Shown: positions 1-9,057, counted from the stretch's first letter. The stretch is DNA of 54,602 bases from Verrucomicrobiia bacterium (GCA_035607275.1 DATNBW010000180.1:1-54602), one strand, 5' to 3'. Notes: generated by a model from the letters alone, not told the origin. Numbers and translations are program-made.

Positions 1-346
<346 letters not shown>

Positions 347-398
347 TTACCGGAACGTGCCCCGCGGGGCAACCCGAACCGACCCTGAGGAGGCCTCG

Positions 399-989
399 AT
401 GGAGTTCGCCGACGTCGTGATGAAGCGCCGGGCCGTCCGCCGGTTCGAAGACGGCGGCGTCCCGCGCGAGACCCTCGAGCGGATCGCGCGACTCGCCCAG
501 CGGGCGCCCTCGGGCGGGTTCAGCCAGGGCCAGCGCCTGGTCGTCGTGACCGACCCGGAGCGCCGTCGCGAGGTCGCCCGGATCTGCGGCGAGGAGTACT
601 ACCTCGAGCAGTTCGGGCCGTGGATCAGCGAGTGCGCCGCCCAGTTCGTGCCGTGCGTCTCCGAGCAGATCTACCACCGCCGCTACCAGGAGCCCGACAA
701 GGTCCAGGAGGACGGCACCGAGATCGACTGGCCGATCCCCTACTGGTGGGTCGACGTCGGGGCGACGATGCAGAACATCTGGCTGGCCGCGGTCAACGAG
801 GGCCTGGGCTGCGGCTTCGTCGGCACCGATGCGCTCGACACGCTCCGGACCTCGCTCGGGATCCCGGCCGAATTCACCCCGATCGGCGTGATGCCCGTCG
901 GCCGACCCCTGCCGGACGAACGATCACCCAGCCTCAAGCGAGGCTGGGTGCCGTTCGAGCAGTTCGCTCGCTGGGAGCGCTGGGACTGA
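399..989 (+). CDS. nitroreductase family protein
   Basis: Internal ATG at 399 of track ORF 183..989, preceded by GAGGAGG (387-393). The N-terminus MEFADVVMKRRAVRRFEDGGVPRETLERIARLAQRAPSGGFSQGQ fits the nitroreductase pattern R-x-VR-x-F ... APS. Confidence 0.85.
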   Translation: MEFADVVMKRRAVRRFEDGGVPRETLERIARLAQRAPSGGFSQGQRLVVVTDPERRREVARICGEEYYLEQFGPWISECAAQFVPCVSEQIYHRRYQEPDKVQEDGTEIDWPIPYWWVDVGATMQNIWLAAVNEGLGCGFVGTDALDTLRTSLGIPAEFTPIGVMPVGRPLPDERSPSLKRGWVPFEQFARWERWD

Positions 990-1086
990 ACGGCCGAACA
1001 CGGTCGCTCTCACGATGCGGAGGCTTGACCGGACGAACCAGCTCGCGCGGCCCCGGGATCCGGAGGAGCACGGCGGGACGAGCCGG

Positions 1087-1635
1087 CTAATCCGCCTTCG
1101 TCCACTCTCCGCCAAAGATGGCGTTGAAGATGCGATGCGCAAGGGCGTCGTTCGAATGATCGGCGATCCGCGAGTCCGAGGCGACGACCTCGAGGTCGAG
1201 CGAGGCGCCGTTGAGTCGCCAGCGCATGTCGAAGTATTCGACTTCCAACTGGAACCGGACCCGATCGCCCAGCAGCGTGAAGTGCACGGGCCATGTTTCG
1301 TCGGGATTGGTGTCGTCGTGGCGCAGAATCAGCTTGCCGTCGGCGCCGGTCACACTCAGGGTCCACCTGCCGGCATTCTCGACATCCGTGCTGGTGGCCC
1401 CGGCCGCGATGAGCCCGTCCCGGCTGGCCGTATGGACGTAGACCCCGTCCGGCAGTAGCGTCAGGAGCGGGCCAGGCGCGACCGACGGCCATGGCGCGTC
1501 GTGGTCGCTCGGCGTGGCCGGTGCTGCCGTGGCCGGTGCTGCCGTCGATGGCCGCTGTGTCAGTTGGGCGGGCACGGCCGAACAGGCACCGACGATGGCC
1601 ACCGCCAGACCAACCGCGATGATCGTTGCCTTCAT
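1087..1635 (-). CDS. putative lipoprotein, unknown function
   Basis: Track ORF 1087..1644. ATG at 1635 follows GAAAGGG. It has a signal peptide MKATIIAVGLAVAIVGAC with a lipobox-like VGAC, then an Ala/Pro/Thr linker. Confidence 0.6.
   Translation of the reverse strand: MKATIIAVGLAVAIVGACSAVPAQLTQRPSTAAPATAAPATPSDHDAPWPSVAPGPLLTLLPDGVYVHTASRDGLIAAGATSTDVENAGRWTLSVTGADGKLILRHDDTNPDETWPVHFTLLGDRVRFQLEVEYFDMRWRLNGASLDLEVVASDSRIADHSNDALAHRIFNAIFGGEWTKAD
1514..1543. repeat. perfect 15-bp tandem duplication (gtggccggtgctgcc x2) inside the lipoprotein linker
   Basis: Read directly: 1514-1528 is identical to 1529-1543. It encodes the repeated APATA linker segment on the minus strand. Confidence 0.85.
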
Positions 1636-1707
1636 GGTTCTCACCCTTTCCCCGAGAACGGCCCGGCCGGCGCCATCGGACGAGGACGCCGACCGGGAGC
1701 GCTGGAG

Positions 1708-2313
1708 CTAGCGGTTGGGAGTACCGAGCGCCGCGCAGAGCGCGTCGGCGTCGAGACGCGAGACGCCGGAACGGGCAAGGACGTCGCCCTCCGGGCTGAC
1801 CACGATGTGGCCGGTATCCATCAGCACGGGTCCGAACCCGGGCGCGGTGATCGACAGGTGGCCGCTGCTCGAGAGCGTGGCCGAGGCGAGGTCGCCCGGG
1901 ACGGCCAGATCCTCGTCGTCGGCGTTGTGCTGGCTGTACGGCAGCGTCCGGCCGGTGGCCGGGTTGCTGAGATGGGCATCGCGGAACAGGAACATCCGGA
2001 GGCGGCGCGTCAGGTTGCCGTCGCCGTCGTACCACCGGGTGGCCTGGACGTCGCGGACGCCGCTGTCCAGGATCTCGATGTCGCCGCAGAAGATCCCGGT
2101 CGGTTCGTTCTCGTACGGATCGACCGTATGGGCCCGGCAGATCGCGCCGTCGGCGGTGGCGCGGCACGTGTAGAAGTCGGGCGGCTCGGGGTTCAACGGC
2201 CCCACGGACGGCGCCGCCGACGCTCCGATCGGGGACATCCCGACGGCCAGGATCGCGCCGATCACGACGCGGGCGAGCGCGAATCGGCGCACGCCAAACC
2301 AGAGACGAACCAT
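1708..2313 (-). CDS. secreted Cys-containing protein, unknown function
   Basis: Track ORF. ATG at 2313 is preceded by GGAGGA. It has an N-terminal hydrophobic signal (VVIGAILAVGMSPIGASAAP) and high G/C at third codon positions. Confidence 0.6.
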   Translation of the reverse strand: MVRLWFGVRRFALARVVIGAILAVGMSPIGASAAPSVGPLNPEPPDFYTCRATADGAICRAHTVDPYENEPTGIFCGDIEILDSGVRDVQATRWYDGDGNLTRRLRMFLFRDAHLSNPATGRTLPYSQHNADDEDLAVPGDLASATLSSSGHLSITAPGFGPVLMDTGHIVVSPEGDVLARSGVSRLDADALCAALGTPNR

Positions 2314-2350
2314 CGCGTAATCCTCCTGTCCGAGCTCGCGCGAGGGCGGC

Positions 2351-3583
2351 TCAGGGTTCCGTGGGCAGCCGATCCAGGAAGTGGATCGTGCTGATGACGC
2401 GCTGCTCGAGGGCGTTCGGCGCCGGAAGCACCTCGAACATCAACGTGCCGGATGGGTGTTCGACGAGGTACAGGCTGTCGGTCACGCCGGGCAGGACGAA
2501 CCAGGCAGCGCCGGTCGTCTCGGCCTTCGGTTGCCACTCCCAGAGCCTCCCGCCCGGACAGGAGGCGCCGGCGTCGGCATGGACGACGAGCTTCACCGCC
2601 CGCAGGCCATCGACGCGGACCTCGTCAGCGGAGTCGACGGTGAAGCCCCGGAGCTGCCGGAAGTACTCGACGAATGCGTTCGCGCCGGGCGCGATCTCGT
2701 ACCGGCCCTTCGAAAGGTCGCACGGATCCTTGAACCCCTGCGGGTCCTTGAACGACAGGAATTGGAGCTCAGGGAGGTCCTGGTGGATGGTCCGCGAGTC
2801 CGTGCTGCGGTCGACGACGTAGTTGCCGGCGGGGAGCACGACCGTGAAGACGGGATCGAACCCGTCGACGACCCCGACGCCGCCTCCGTTCGGGACGCTG
2901 ATCGAGCGGGTCCAGCTGCGGGCCAGCACCGCCTGTCGTGACGGACACGACTCGGTCACGGCGGTCAGCGTCAGAACGAGACCGTCCTGCGAAACCGTGG
3001 ACCGGTAGTGGCCCTCGTCGGCCTGGGCGCAGGCCCGTTGTGCGGTTCCGTCGATGCTCACGGACTCGCCCGAGCTGGCAACCGTCGTGAACCGGATGTC
3101 GCCAATTCCGTACGTGAGCACGGTTGATCGGAAGAGCCCAGCCGTGCCGCTATCGAGCTCGATGGACGCGGTGGGGCCGCTGTCGACCGTGAGCGCCATC
3201 CGCGCGGGCTGGCGACCGTCGAACGCGAGACTGGCCGGGACGTCGGCAAGCCACGTTCCTGATCCGGCAGCGTCGGATGACGACACGGGCGGGGCGGTGG
3301 CCGGCGACGGACTCGGCGTCGTGGACGACGATGGCTGCACGATCTCGTTGGAGCGCCGGCTGCCGACGAAGAACGAGGCCGCCAGGATCGCAGCGATCAG
3401 TGCCGCCAGGGCGATGAGCGCCCAGGCCCGCGGCAACGGAGGCAGCGCCCAGCGTCGCTCGTCCCGTCGGCCGGCCAGGACCGATGCCTCGGCGATCGCG
3501 ACCGCATCGATCGGCAGGAGCGCCGTGTCCGCGTACTCGCGGACGACGCGGGCGAGGCGGGCCTCGAACCGGATGTCAGTCAC
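2351..3583 (-). CDS. single-pass membrane protein coupled to an ECF sigma factor (putative anti-sigma/sensor, module 1)
   Basis: The GTG start at 3583 overlaps the sigma stop (GTGACTGA, 3576-3583). About 50 aa are cytoplasmic, followed by the TM segment AWALIALAALIAAILAASFFV, a Ser/Pro/Thr linker and a large ectodomain. Confidence 0.65.
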   Translation of the reverse strand: MTDIRFEARLARVVREYADTALLPIDAVAIAEASVLAGRRDERRWALPPLPRAWALIALAALIAAILAASFFVGSRRSNEIVQPSSSTTPSPSPATAPPVSSSDAAGSGTWLADVPASLAFDGRQPARMALTVDSGPTASIELDSGTAGLFRSTVLTYGIGDIRFTTVASSGESVSIDGTAQRACAQADEGHYRSTVSQDGLVLTLTAVTESCPSRQAVLARSWTRSISVPNGGGVGVVDGFDPVFTVVLPAGNYVVDRSTDSRTIHQDLPELQFLSFKDPQGFKDPCDLSKGRYEIAPGANAFVEYFRQLRGFTVDSADEVRVDGLRAVKLVVHADAGASCPGGRLWEWQPKAETTGAAWFVLPGVTDSLYLVEHPSGTLMFEVLPAPNALEQRVISTIHFLDRLPTEP

Positions 3584-4121
3584 GCTCCACCTCCTCGCGA
3601 AGGCGGGCCACGAGTCGGGAGAGGCGGGTACGCACGCCGCTGGCGGACAAGCCCAGGGTCCGACCGATCTCGGTCGCGTCGAAGCCGGCCACGTAACGGA
3701 GGGCGATCAGCGTCCGGTCGTCGGCGGGCAGGCGCCGGATTGCCGAGACGAGGACGTCGTCGGACGATTGCCGGAACGGGTCGGCGTCATCGGACTGGAG
3801 ATCGGCGAGCTCGATCGCGACGACGCGGTCGCGGCCGCGCCGGCGGACGAGCTGGCGAGCCTCGTTGGCCGCGACGCTCACGAGCCATGGCCGGAGCTTG
3901 TCGGGATCGCGGAGGCTGCCGAGCTTGCGCCAGACGATCGGCCAGGCCGACTGCGCGGCGTCCTGGGCCAGCTCGGGGTCGCCGCAGATCACCTGGCAGA
4001 CCCGAGCCATGTCGTCGTGATGGGCGCGAACGATCCGGGCGAACGCCATCGCGTCGCCGGCCACCGCGTCGGCGACCGTCGCCGCCGGGACCATCCTGGA
4101 GGACGAGACGTCGCTCACCAT
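3576..4121 (-). CDS. ECF-type RNA polymerase sigma-70 factor (module 1)
   Basis: Region 2-like DAAQSAWPIVWRKLGSLRDPDKLRPWLVSVAANEARQ and region 4 HTH LPADDRTLIALRYVAGFDATEIGRTLGLSASGVRTRLSR. The start is uncertain (ATG at 4121 or 4094). Confidence 0.85.
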   Translation of the reverse strand: MVSDVSSSRMVPAATVADAVAGDAMAFARIVRAHHDDMARVCQVICGDPELAQDAAQSAWPIVWRKLGSLRDPDKLRPWLVSVAANEARQLVRRRGRDRVVAIELADLQSDDADPFRQSSDDVLVSAIRRLPADDRTLIALRYVAGFDATEIGRTLGLSASGVRTRLSRLVARLREEVERD

Positions 4122-4193
4122 GCCTCACAGATGCAGCGAGACAGGCGAAGTGTCCCAGACGCCGGAATCCCCGCGTGGTCGCTCGGACAGGAA

Positions 4194-4223
4194 GACACCC
4201 AGCCTCGTCCGAGGCTGGGTGTC
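4194..4223 (-). terminator. 12-bp perfect stem hairpin between the two ECF modules
   Basis: gacacccagcct (4194-4205), loop cgtccg, aggctgggtgtc (4212-4223). It lies 17 nt downstream of the stop of the 4240..5547 gene on the minus strand. There is no clear U-tract. Confidence 0.5.
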
Positions 4224-4239
4224 GCCGATGGGTCGCCGG

Positions 4240-5547
4240 CTATTCGAACTTGAGCGATTGGACGATCGGCATCGCGGCAGCGATGAAGGGGTCGAACGTG
4301 GCCTGGTCGCCGGCCCAGACGACGATCAGAAGGACGTCTCCGTCGCCGAGGTCGAGGAGGATCAACCGTTCGTGCTCCGTGCCCGAGATGGCGGTGCCCG
4401 GCATCAGGTACGTGACGATGGGCGTGGTCTCGCCCGGGCACGTCTTCGTCCAGGCCGGATCGATCCGGACGTCGAGCCACTTCCCTGGATGGCCATCGAT
4501 CGTGATCGTCCTGGGCACGGTCGTGACGAGGCCGGGCACGCTTCGGATCCACGTCGCCAGGGCATCCACCGTGCGGCCGACGCCCGGCGCGACCTTGTCT
4601 GAGCAGGGCTGGTCCTGGGCCATCGCCATCGGCTGCGTGTTGAGCCCGATCTGCCGGGTCCGGCTGCTCTCGGCGAGCGTCAGATCGGCTGCAGGCACGA
4701 GTCCGAGGGAATCCGGCCAGTCGGAGTCGTTCGCCCACCCGTCGGGGACCGTGTAAGTGATCGCACCGAAGTCGGCACTCCACGTGGCGCCCGGATCGAG
4801 GCGGGGCGTGATGAACTGGGATCGGTAGGTCCCGGCGTCGAGCGCTCCGAGGCAGAAGTCGTCCGGGTTCGTGCAGCCCATCAGCCACCAGGTGCCCGCG
4901 ACGGCTTCGGACCGCGCCGGGCAGTCGTCGCGCTCGGCGGTGATCGTCAGGGTCCGGCCGGACGACGAACGCGTCCAGCCGTACGTGCCGGAGTCGCCAC
5001 CGGCGCAGCCGCCGGCCGTGAGCGGCGAATCCAGCTGGAACCGGCCGGCGCCGATCGTCGACGCGGCCGAGGCCAGCAACACCCTGGGTCCGTCGTTCGC
5101 CTGGCTGATCGTGATGCTGTTCGCGTCGAAGAAGATCGTCGTCCCGGCATTCGGCTCCACGATCGCCCGATGGTCGCCCATCCAGCGGCCCTGGATGTCG
5201 GCCGACACCGGCGCTCCGGCGGCGCCGGACGAGCCCGACGGCGAGACGGCGGTCGACGGCGACGCGGTCGTCCCGACCGGCGAAGCTGAGGCACCGACCG
5301 GCGGCGACGTGCCGGCTCGGGACAGGAGGAGCGCTCCCGCGACGGCGACGACTGCCGTCGCGCCGAGCGCGATGGGAAGGCGGTTCATCGGTGAGGACCT
5401 CCAGGTCAGCCATCGAACCGGGCGCCGCACCTGCGGCGTCGTCTCGACGGCCTGGAGGACGGCGGCAACCGCGCGGTCCGGCGCTTCGTCGGGCAGCAGG
5501 TCGAGCCAGGCTCGGGCAACTCGGTCGAAGTCGCGTTCCGTGGTCAT
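4240..5547 (-). CDS. single-pass membrane protein coupled to an ECF sigma factor (putative anti-sigma/sensor, module 2; paralog of 2351..3583)
   Basis: ATGA overlap with the sigma stop (5544-5547). TM segment LPIALGATAVVAVAGALLL. The ectodomain shares a 40-aa Cys-containing block with the module 1 partner. Confidence 0.65.
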   Translation of the reverse strand: MTTERDFDRVARAWLDLLPDEAPDRAVAAVLQAVETTPQVRRPVRWLTWRSSPMNRLPIALGATAVVAVAGALLLSRAGTSPPVGASASPVGTTASPSTAVSPSGSSGAAGAPVSADIQGRWMGDHRAIVEPNAGTTIFFDANSITISQANDGPRVLLASAASTIGAGRFQLDSPLTAGGCAGGDSGTYGWTRSSSGRTLTITAERDDCPARSEAVAGTWWLMGCTNPDDFCLGALDAGTYRSQFITPRLDPGATWSADFGAITYTVPDGWANDSDWPDSLGLVPAADLTLAESSRTRQIGLNTQPMAMAQDQPCSDKVAPGVGRTVDALATWIRSVPGLVTTVPRTITIDGHPGKWLDVRIDPAWTKTCPGETTPIVTYLMPGTAISGTEHERLILLDLGDGDVLLIVVWAGDQATFDPFIAAAMPIVQSLKFE

Positions 5548-6092
5548 GCCATCCGTCCTTGATTGACGACCGGCGCCGCATCGGCCTCGATGGCCGCGCG
5601 CAGCGTCTGGGTCGCGTAATGGAGTCGTGAACGGGCGGTCCCCGCCGGGATCCCGAGGGCCTCGGCGATCTCGACGAGGGACAGCCCCGTGTGGTGGTGC
5701 AGGACGAAGACCGCCCGCTGCTCGATGGACAGGCGTCGGAACGCTCGATCGAGGGCATCGCGGTCGACGACGGAGACGGTGTCATCCGGGCTGGCCGGCC
5801 CGTCGACCGGCAGCACCCGAACGTTCGCCGTCCAGGACCGGCGACGCCTGGCCTCGGCGTAGCAGGCATGGACGAGCAGGCGACGGACCCAGGCCTCGAA
5901 GCGGGCCGGGTCGCGGAGCGTCGGGAGCTGGCGCCAGGCGGTGATCAGGGCGCCCTGCAGGGCGTCCTCCGCGAGGTGGCCGTCGCGCAGGATCCGGATG
6001 GCGATCGCGTACATCCGGTCGCTGGTCATGGCGACCAGTGACGCGAACGCCTCGCGGTCTCCCGACCGGGCCTGCTCGACGAGGTCTTCCAC
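5544..6092 (-). CDS. ECF-type RNA polymerase sigma-70 factor (module 2)
   Basis: GTG at 6092 is preceded by GGAGGG. Region 2 is EDALQGALITAWRQLPTLRDPARFEAWVRRLLVHA and the region 4 HTH is LSIEQRAVFVLHHHTGLSLVEIAEALGIPAGTARSRLHYA. Confidence 0.85.
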   Translation of the reverse strand: MEDLVEQARSGDREAFASLVAMTSDRMYAIAIRILRDGHLAEDALQGALITAWRQLPTLRDPARFEAWVRRLLVHACYAEARRRRSWTANVRVLPVDGPASPDDTVSVVDRDALDRAFRRLSIEQRAVFVLHHHTGLSLVEIAEALGIPAGTARSRLHYATQTLRAAIEADAAPVVNQGRMA

Positions 6093-6193
6093 CAGGTCCC
6101 TCCGCGTGGCGGCGCCGGGTGGCGCCGTCGGACCCTATGAGTCGATCGCGGTGGCGAAACGTTCAGATCGACGGTTCTTGACGGGACCGCAGG

Positions 6194-7060
6194 TTACGGC
6201 CGAGCGGCGCTGCGCGGCATCCGGAACGGCGCCCCGCCGCGGGTGATCAGGACACCGGCGACGATGACCAGGCCACCGAGCACCTGACCGGGTCGGATCG
6301 GCTCGGCGAGGAAGACGAATGCGAGCACGACGGCGAGCGCCGGAACGAGGAACTGGTACGCGGCGGTGCGCGTGGGGCCGACCACCCGGATGCCGTTGCT
6401 GACGAGCACGTTCGCGACCCCGGCGGCGAGGAAGCCCGAGTAGAGGACCGCGCCGATGACACCCGGCGTCAGGTCGGCGGCATCGACACTCGACAGCTGG
6501 CTCGCCGCGATCGGCGCGAGCACGACCGTTCCGGCGACCGTCGCCCAGGCCGTCGTCCGGAGCGGCGAGTAGCGCCGCAGGAACGGCGCACCGAAGGCGG
6601 TGTAGAACGCCCAGCAGATCGCTGCCACGAGGGTGATGGCCTCACCCGCCAGCGACCTCCCGAGGCTGAGACCCTGGCCGCTGGCGATGACGAGCGCGAC
6701 CCCACCGAACGACACGATCCCCCCGACGAGCTTGCCAGCGGTGAGGACATCCGACCGGGCGAGCACCGCCAGGAAGGCGACGAGGACCGGTGTCGAGGCG
6801 ATGATCAGGGCCGAGTCCCCGGCGGCGATCGTCGTCAGCCCGGTCGTCCACAGGATCTGGTAGACGCCGAAGCCGAGCGCCCCGAGGGCGCAGATCGCGA
6901 CCAGGTCGCGGCGCGGCAGACCCATCGACCCTTCGCGCCAGCGGAGCAGCACGAGCAGCGTGATCGACGCCAGCGTGAACCGCAGGAACGTGAACCCGAC
7001 GGGCGGCAGCACGGCGACCGCCGACTTCACGACGATGAAGTTGAGCGCCCACAGGACCAT
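6194..7060 (-). CDS. EamA/DMT family transporter (true start probably upstream; see finding)
   Basis: Polytopic membrane protein with two EamA-like halves (WALNFIVVK..., ICWAFYTAF...). ATG at 7060 is the first canonical start, but it falls inside the first predicted TM helix. Confidence 0.8.
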   Translation of the reverse strand: MVLWALNFIVVKSAVAVLPPVGFTFLRFTLASITLLVLLRWREGSMGLPRRDLVAICALGALGFGVYQILWTTGLTTIAAGDSALIIASTPVLVAFLAVLARSDVLTAGKLVGGIVSFGGVALVIASGQGLSLGRSLAGEAITLVAAICWAFYTAFGAPFLRRYSPLRTTAWATVAGTVVLAPIAASQLSSVDAADLTPGVIGAVLYSGFLAAGVANVLVSNGIRVVGPTRTAAYQFLVPALAVVLAFVFLAEPIRPGQVLGGLVIVAGVLITRGGAPFRMPRSAARP

Positions 7061-7239
7061 GACCCCGAGGACGGCGATCTCCGCCAGCCGCCGCTCGCGA
7101 GCCGCTTGCTTGCGCGCGGACAGCGAGACGTCCTCGGGCGAATGGCGTCGCGGAGCTCCGCCTTCGACCTCGGAGGGCCGGGCGGCGAGTCGCCGAGAAG
7201 CGCTTGCCGGCTCGGGGTCCCGTGCCGGGAAGGGGTTGG

Positions 7240-7395
7240 CTATGCGCTTTCGCGATCGAGCTCGAGCAGGTCTTCCTCCTGCTCCTCGGTGACCTTCAGC
7301 CAGACGAACAGTCCGGCGAGGACGATGAGCGGAATGACGATGAGCGCGGCGAGGGTGATGCCGAGGGCGACGGCAACGGTCTTGAGAGCCTTCAC
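7240..7395 (-). CDS. 51-aa single-TM peptide (below the ORF-track size cutoff)
   Basis: My translation is VKALKTVAVALGITLAALIVIPLIVLAGLFVWLKVTEEQEEDLLELDRESA, ending at TAG. GTG at 7395 is preceded by GGAGGA with a 7-nt spacer. An in-frame ATG at 7410 is an alternative start. G/C third positions are high. Confidence 0.45.
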   Translation of the reverse strand: MKALKTVAVALGITLAALIVIPLIVLAGLFVWLKVTEEQEEDLLELDRESA

Positions 7396-7481
7396 GGGTG
7401 GTTCCTCCATGCGGTGTCCTGGGCTGATGGGTGAGCTGGGCTGGTCGGGGTTGCGGGCGTCGCCGATCGCGCGTCGGCCGC

Positions 7482-8003
7482 TCAGGCGGTCGCCGACTTC
7501 GGCGCGGGGATCGGGGCGCGAAGCGTCGGGCCCTCGGTCACGAGCTGGTTGATGTCATCGCGGGTGAACTCGACGAGCGCGTGGTGCGATCCGGCCTGGC
7601 CGCCGAGGTAGAGGCGGACGACGAAGGCGCCGTCCTGCTCGAAGAAGAACACGTCGCGCGGCTTCTGCTCATCGATGTGCCGCCCGATCACGCGCAGCGC
7701 GGTCTCGTAGAAGCCGGCGTCGCGGACCGGCTCGGGGCCCGGCTTGCCCCGCCGGGCGATCGACTCGTCCATGAACCGGGCGATGTCATCGTCGAGGAAC
7801 GTCAAGGTCTCCTTGGCCTGCGAGCCGAGCGCCTCCGACCATGCGCCGCCGGCCGCCCCGGCGGTCACGACGCCCTGCACGATGAAGCCGTCGGGCGCCT
7901 CGACGAGGAGGATCTCGCGCATCCCGCGCTGGTCGATGAAGGCCCCGATCGAGCGGAAGACCTCCTCGAAGTCCTGGCGCGGACTTCCCTCATAGATGCG
8001 CAT
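7482..8003 (-). CDS. conserved-looking cytoplasmic protein with an internal tandem duplication, unknown function
   Basis: Track ORF. ATG at 8003 is preceded by AAGGGAGG. The two halves align (EEVFRSIGAFIDQRGMREILLVEAPDGFIV versus ETALRVIGRHIDEQKPRDVFFFEQDGAFVV). Confidence 0.7.
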   Translation of the reverse strand: MRIYEGSPRQDFEEVFRSIGAFIDQRGMREILLVEAPDGFIVQGVVTAGAAGGAWSEALGSQAKETLTFLDDDIARFMDESIARRGKPGPEPVRDAGFYETALRVIGRHIDEQKPRDVFFFEQDGAFVVRLYLGGQAGSHHALVEFTRDDINQLVTEGPTLRAPIPAPKSATA

Positions 8004-8060
8004 CGGGCCTCCCTTTGCCCCCGGGATGGTCGCCGAGTCCGGCGCGTTGCGCGCCGTCGG

Positions 8061-9032
8061 TCAGGAGCCGGTGGTCTGGTCGAAGAGCCCGCGATCCTTC
8101 GCGCGTCGGTCGCTCGCCCGGAACACGGCCACTGCCGCGAGTGTAGCCACCGCCCCCGTTGCCAGCAACACGAGGACGATCGCCGCCGAGCCCGGCGTCG
8201 CGGCCCCGGTCAGCTGGGTGTACAGCGCGCCCGGCCCGCCGACGGCCGTCACGCCACCTGGGAACAGCGCGTGGCGGATCCCCTCGATCCACCAGGTCAG
8301 CGGCGAGAGGAGCCCGAGCGCCTGGACCGGCGCCGGCAGGACCGACAAGGGGAAGACGACGCCGGAGATCAGGAACAGGGCGCCTGCGGCAGCCTCCGGG
8401 TACGACCACGACTCCTGCCGGGTCTGCATGCAGATCGCCGCCAGGAGCAGGCCGATCGCCAGGATCGACGCCACCCCGAGGACCATGACGACCACGAGCA
8501 GGATCCAGTCGATCCGACCGGCGTCGAAGGGGACGTTGAGGAAGACGACGCCGACCGCGAGGGTGATCGCAGCGCCCATCGCCCCGACCCCGATCCGCGC
8601 GACGCCGCGACCGAAGATGACGGCGAGGAAGTCGCTCGGGCTGACGTAGATGTACTTGAGCATCCGGTAGCGCTCGCGGTCGTCGAGGATCATCCAGGCG
8701 AGGCCGCTCACGCCGCTCAGGACGAACGACCAGAGGGCGCTCCCGACGACGACGAACGCGCGGTACTCGGGCTTCGCGCCGCCGCTGATCACGTCGAGCA
8801 TGACCACGAGGATCAGGGCGGACGCGAGCGGCTTCGCCACCGAGTAGATGAAGAACAGGAGCGGGTCGGTCCAGTTCGCCTCCATCTGCCAGCCGAGGCG
8901 GACGGCCGTGGAGAAGCTCCGACGCACGTCGACCCAGCCGCGGCCACGGGTCCGGGCCATGTCGAAGCCGCCCCAGTCGGGCGAGGCGAGGCCGGGTGGC
9001 TCGGGCCGGAGGACGGGCTCCGCGGCGGTCAT
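8061..9032 (-). CDS. ABC-2 type transporter permease (second permease)
   Basis: Six-TM ABC-2-like membrane protein immediately downstream of the first permease. A later start (MARTRG) is possible. Confidence 0.8.
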   Translation of the reverse strand: MTAAEPVLRPEPPGLASPDWGGFDMARTRGRGWVDVRRSFSTAVRLGWQMEANWTDPLLFFIYSVAKPLASALILVVMLDVISGGAKPEYRAFVVVGSALWSFVLSGVSGLAWMILDDRERYRMLKYIYVSPSDFLAVIFGRGVARIGVGAMGAAITLAVGVVFLNVPFDAGRIDWILLVVVMVLGVASILAIGLLLAAICMQTRQESWSYPEAAAGALFLISGVVFPLSVLPAPVQALGLLSPLTWWIEGIRHALFPGGVTAVGGPGALYTQLTGAATPGSAAIVLVLLATGAVATLAAVAVFRASDRRAKDRGLFDQTTGS

Positions 9033-9057
9033 CGGATCCGGATCCTCGCCGGCGCGC

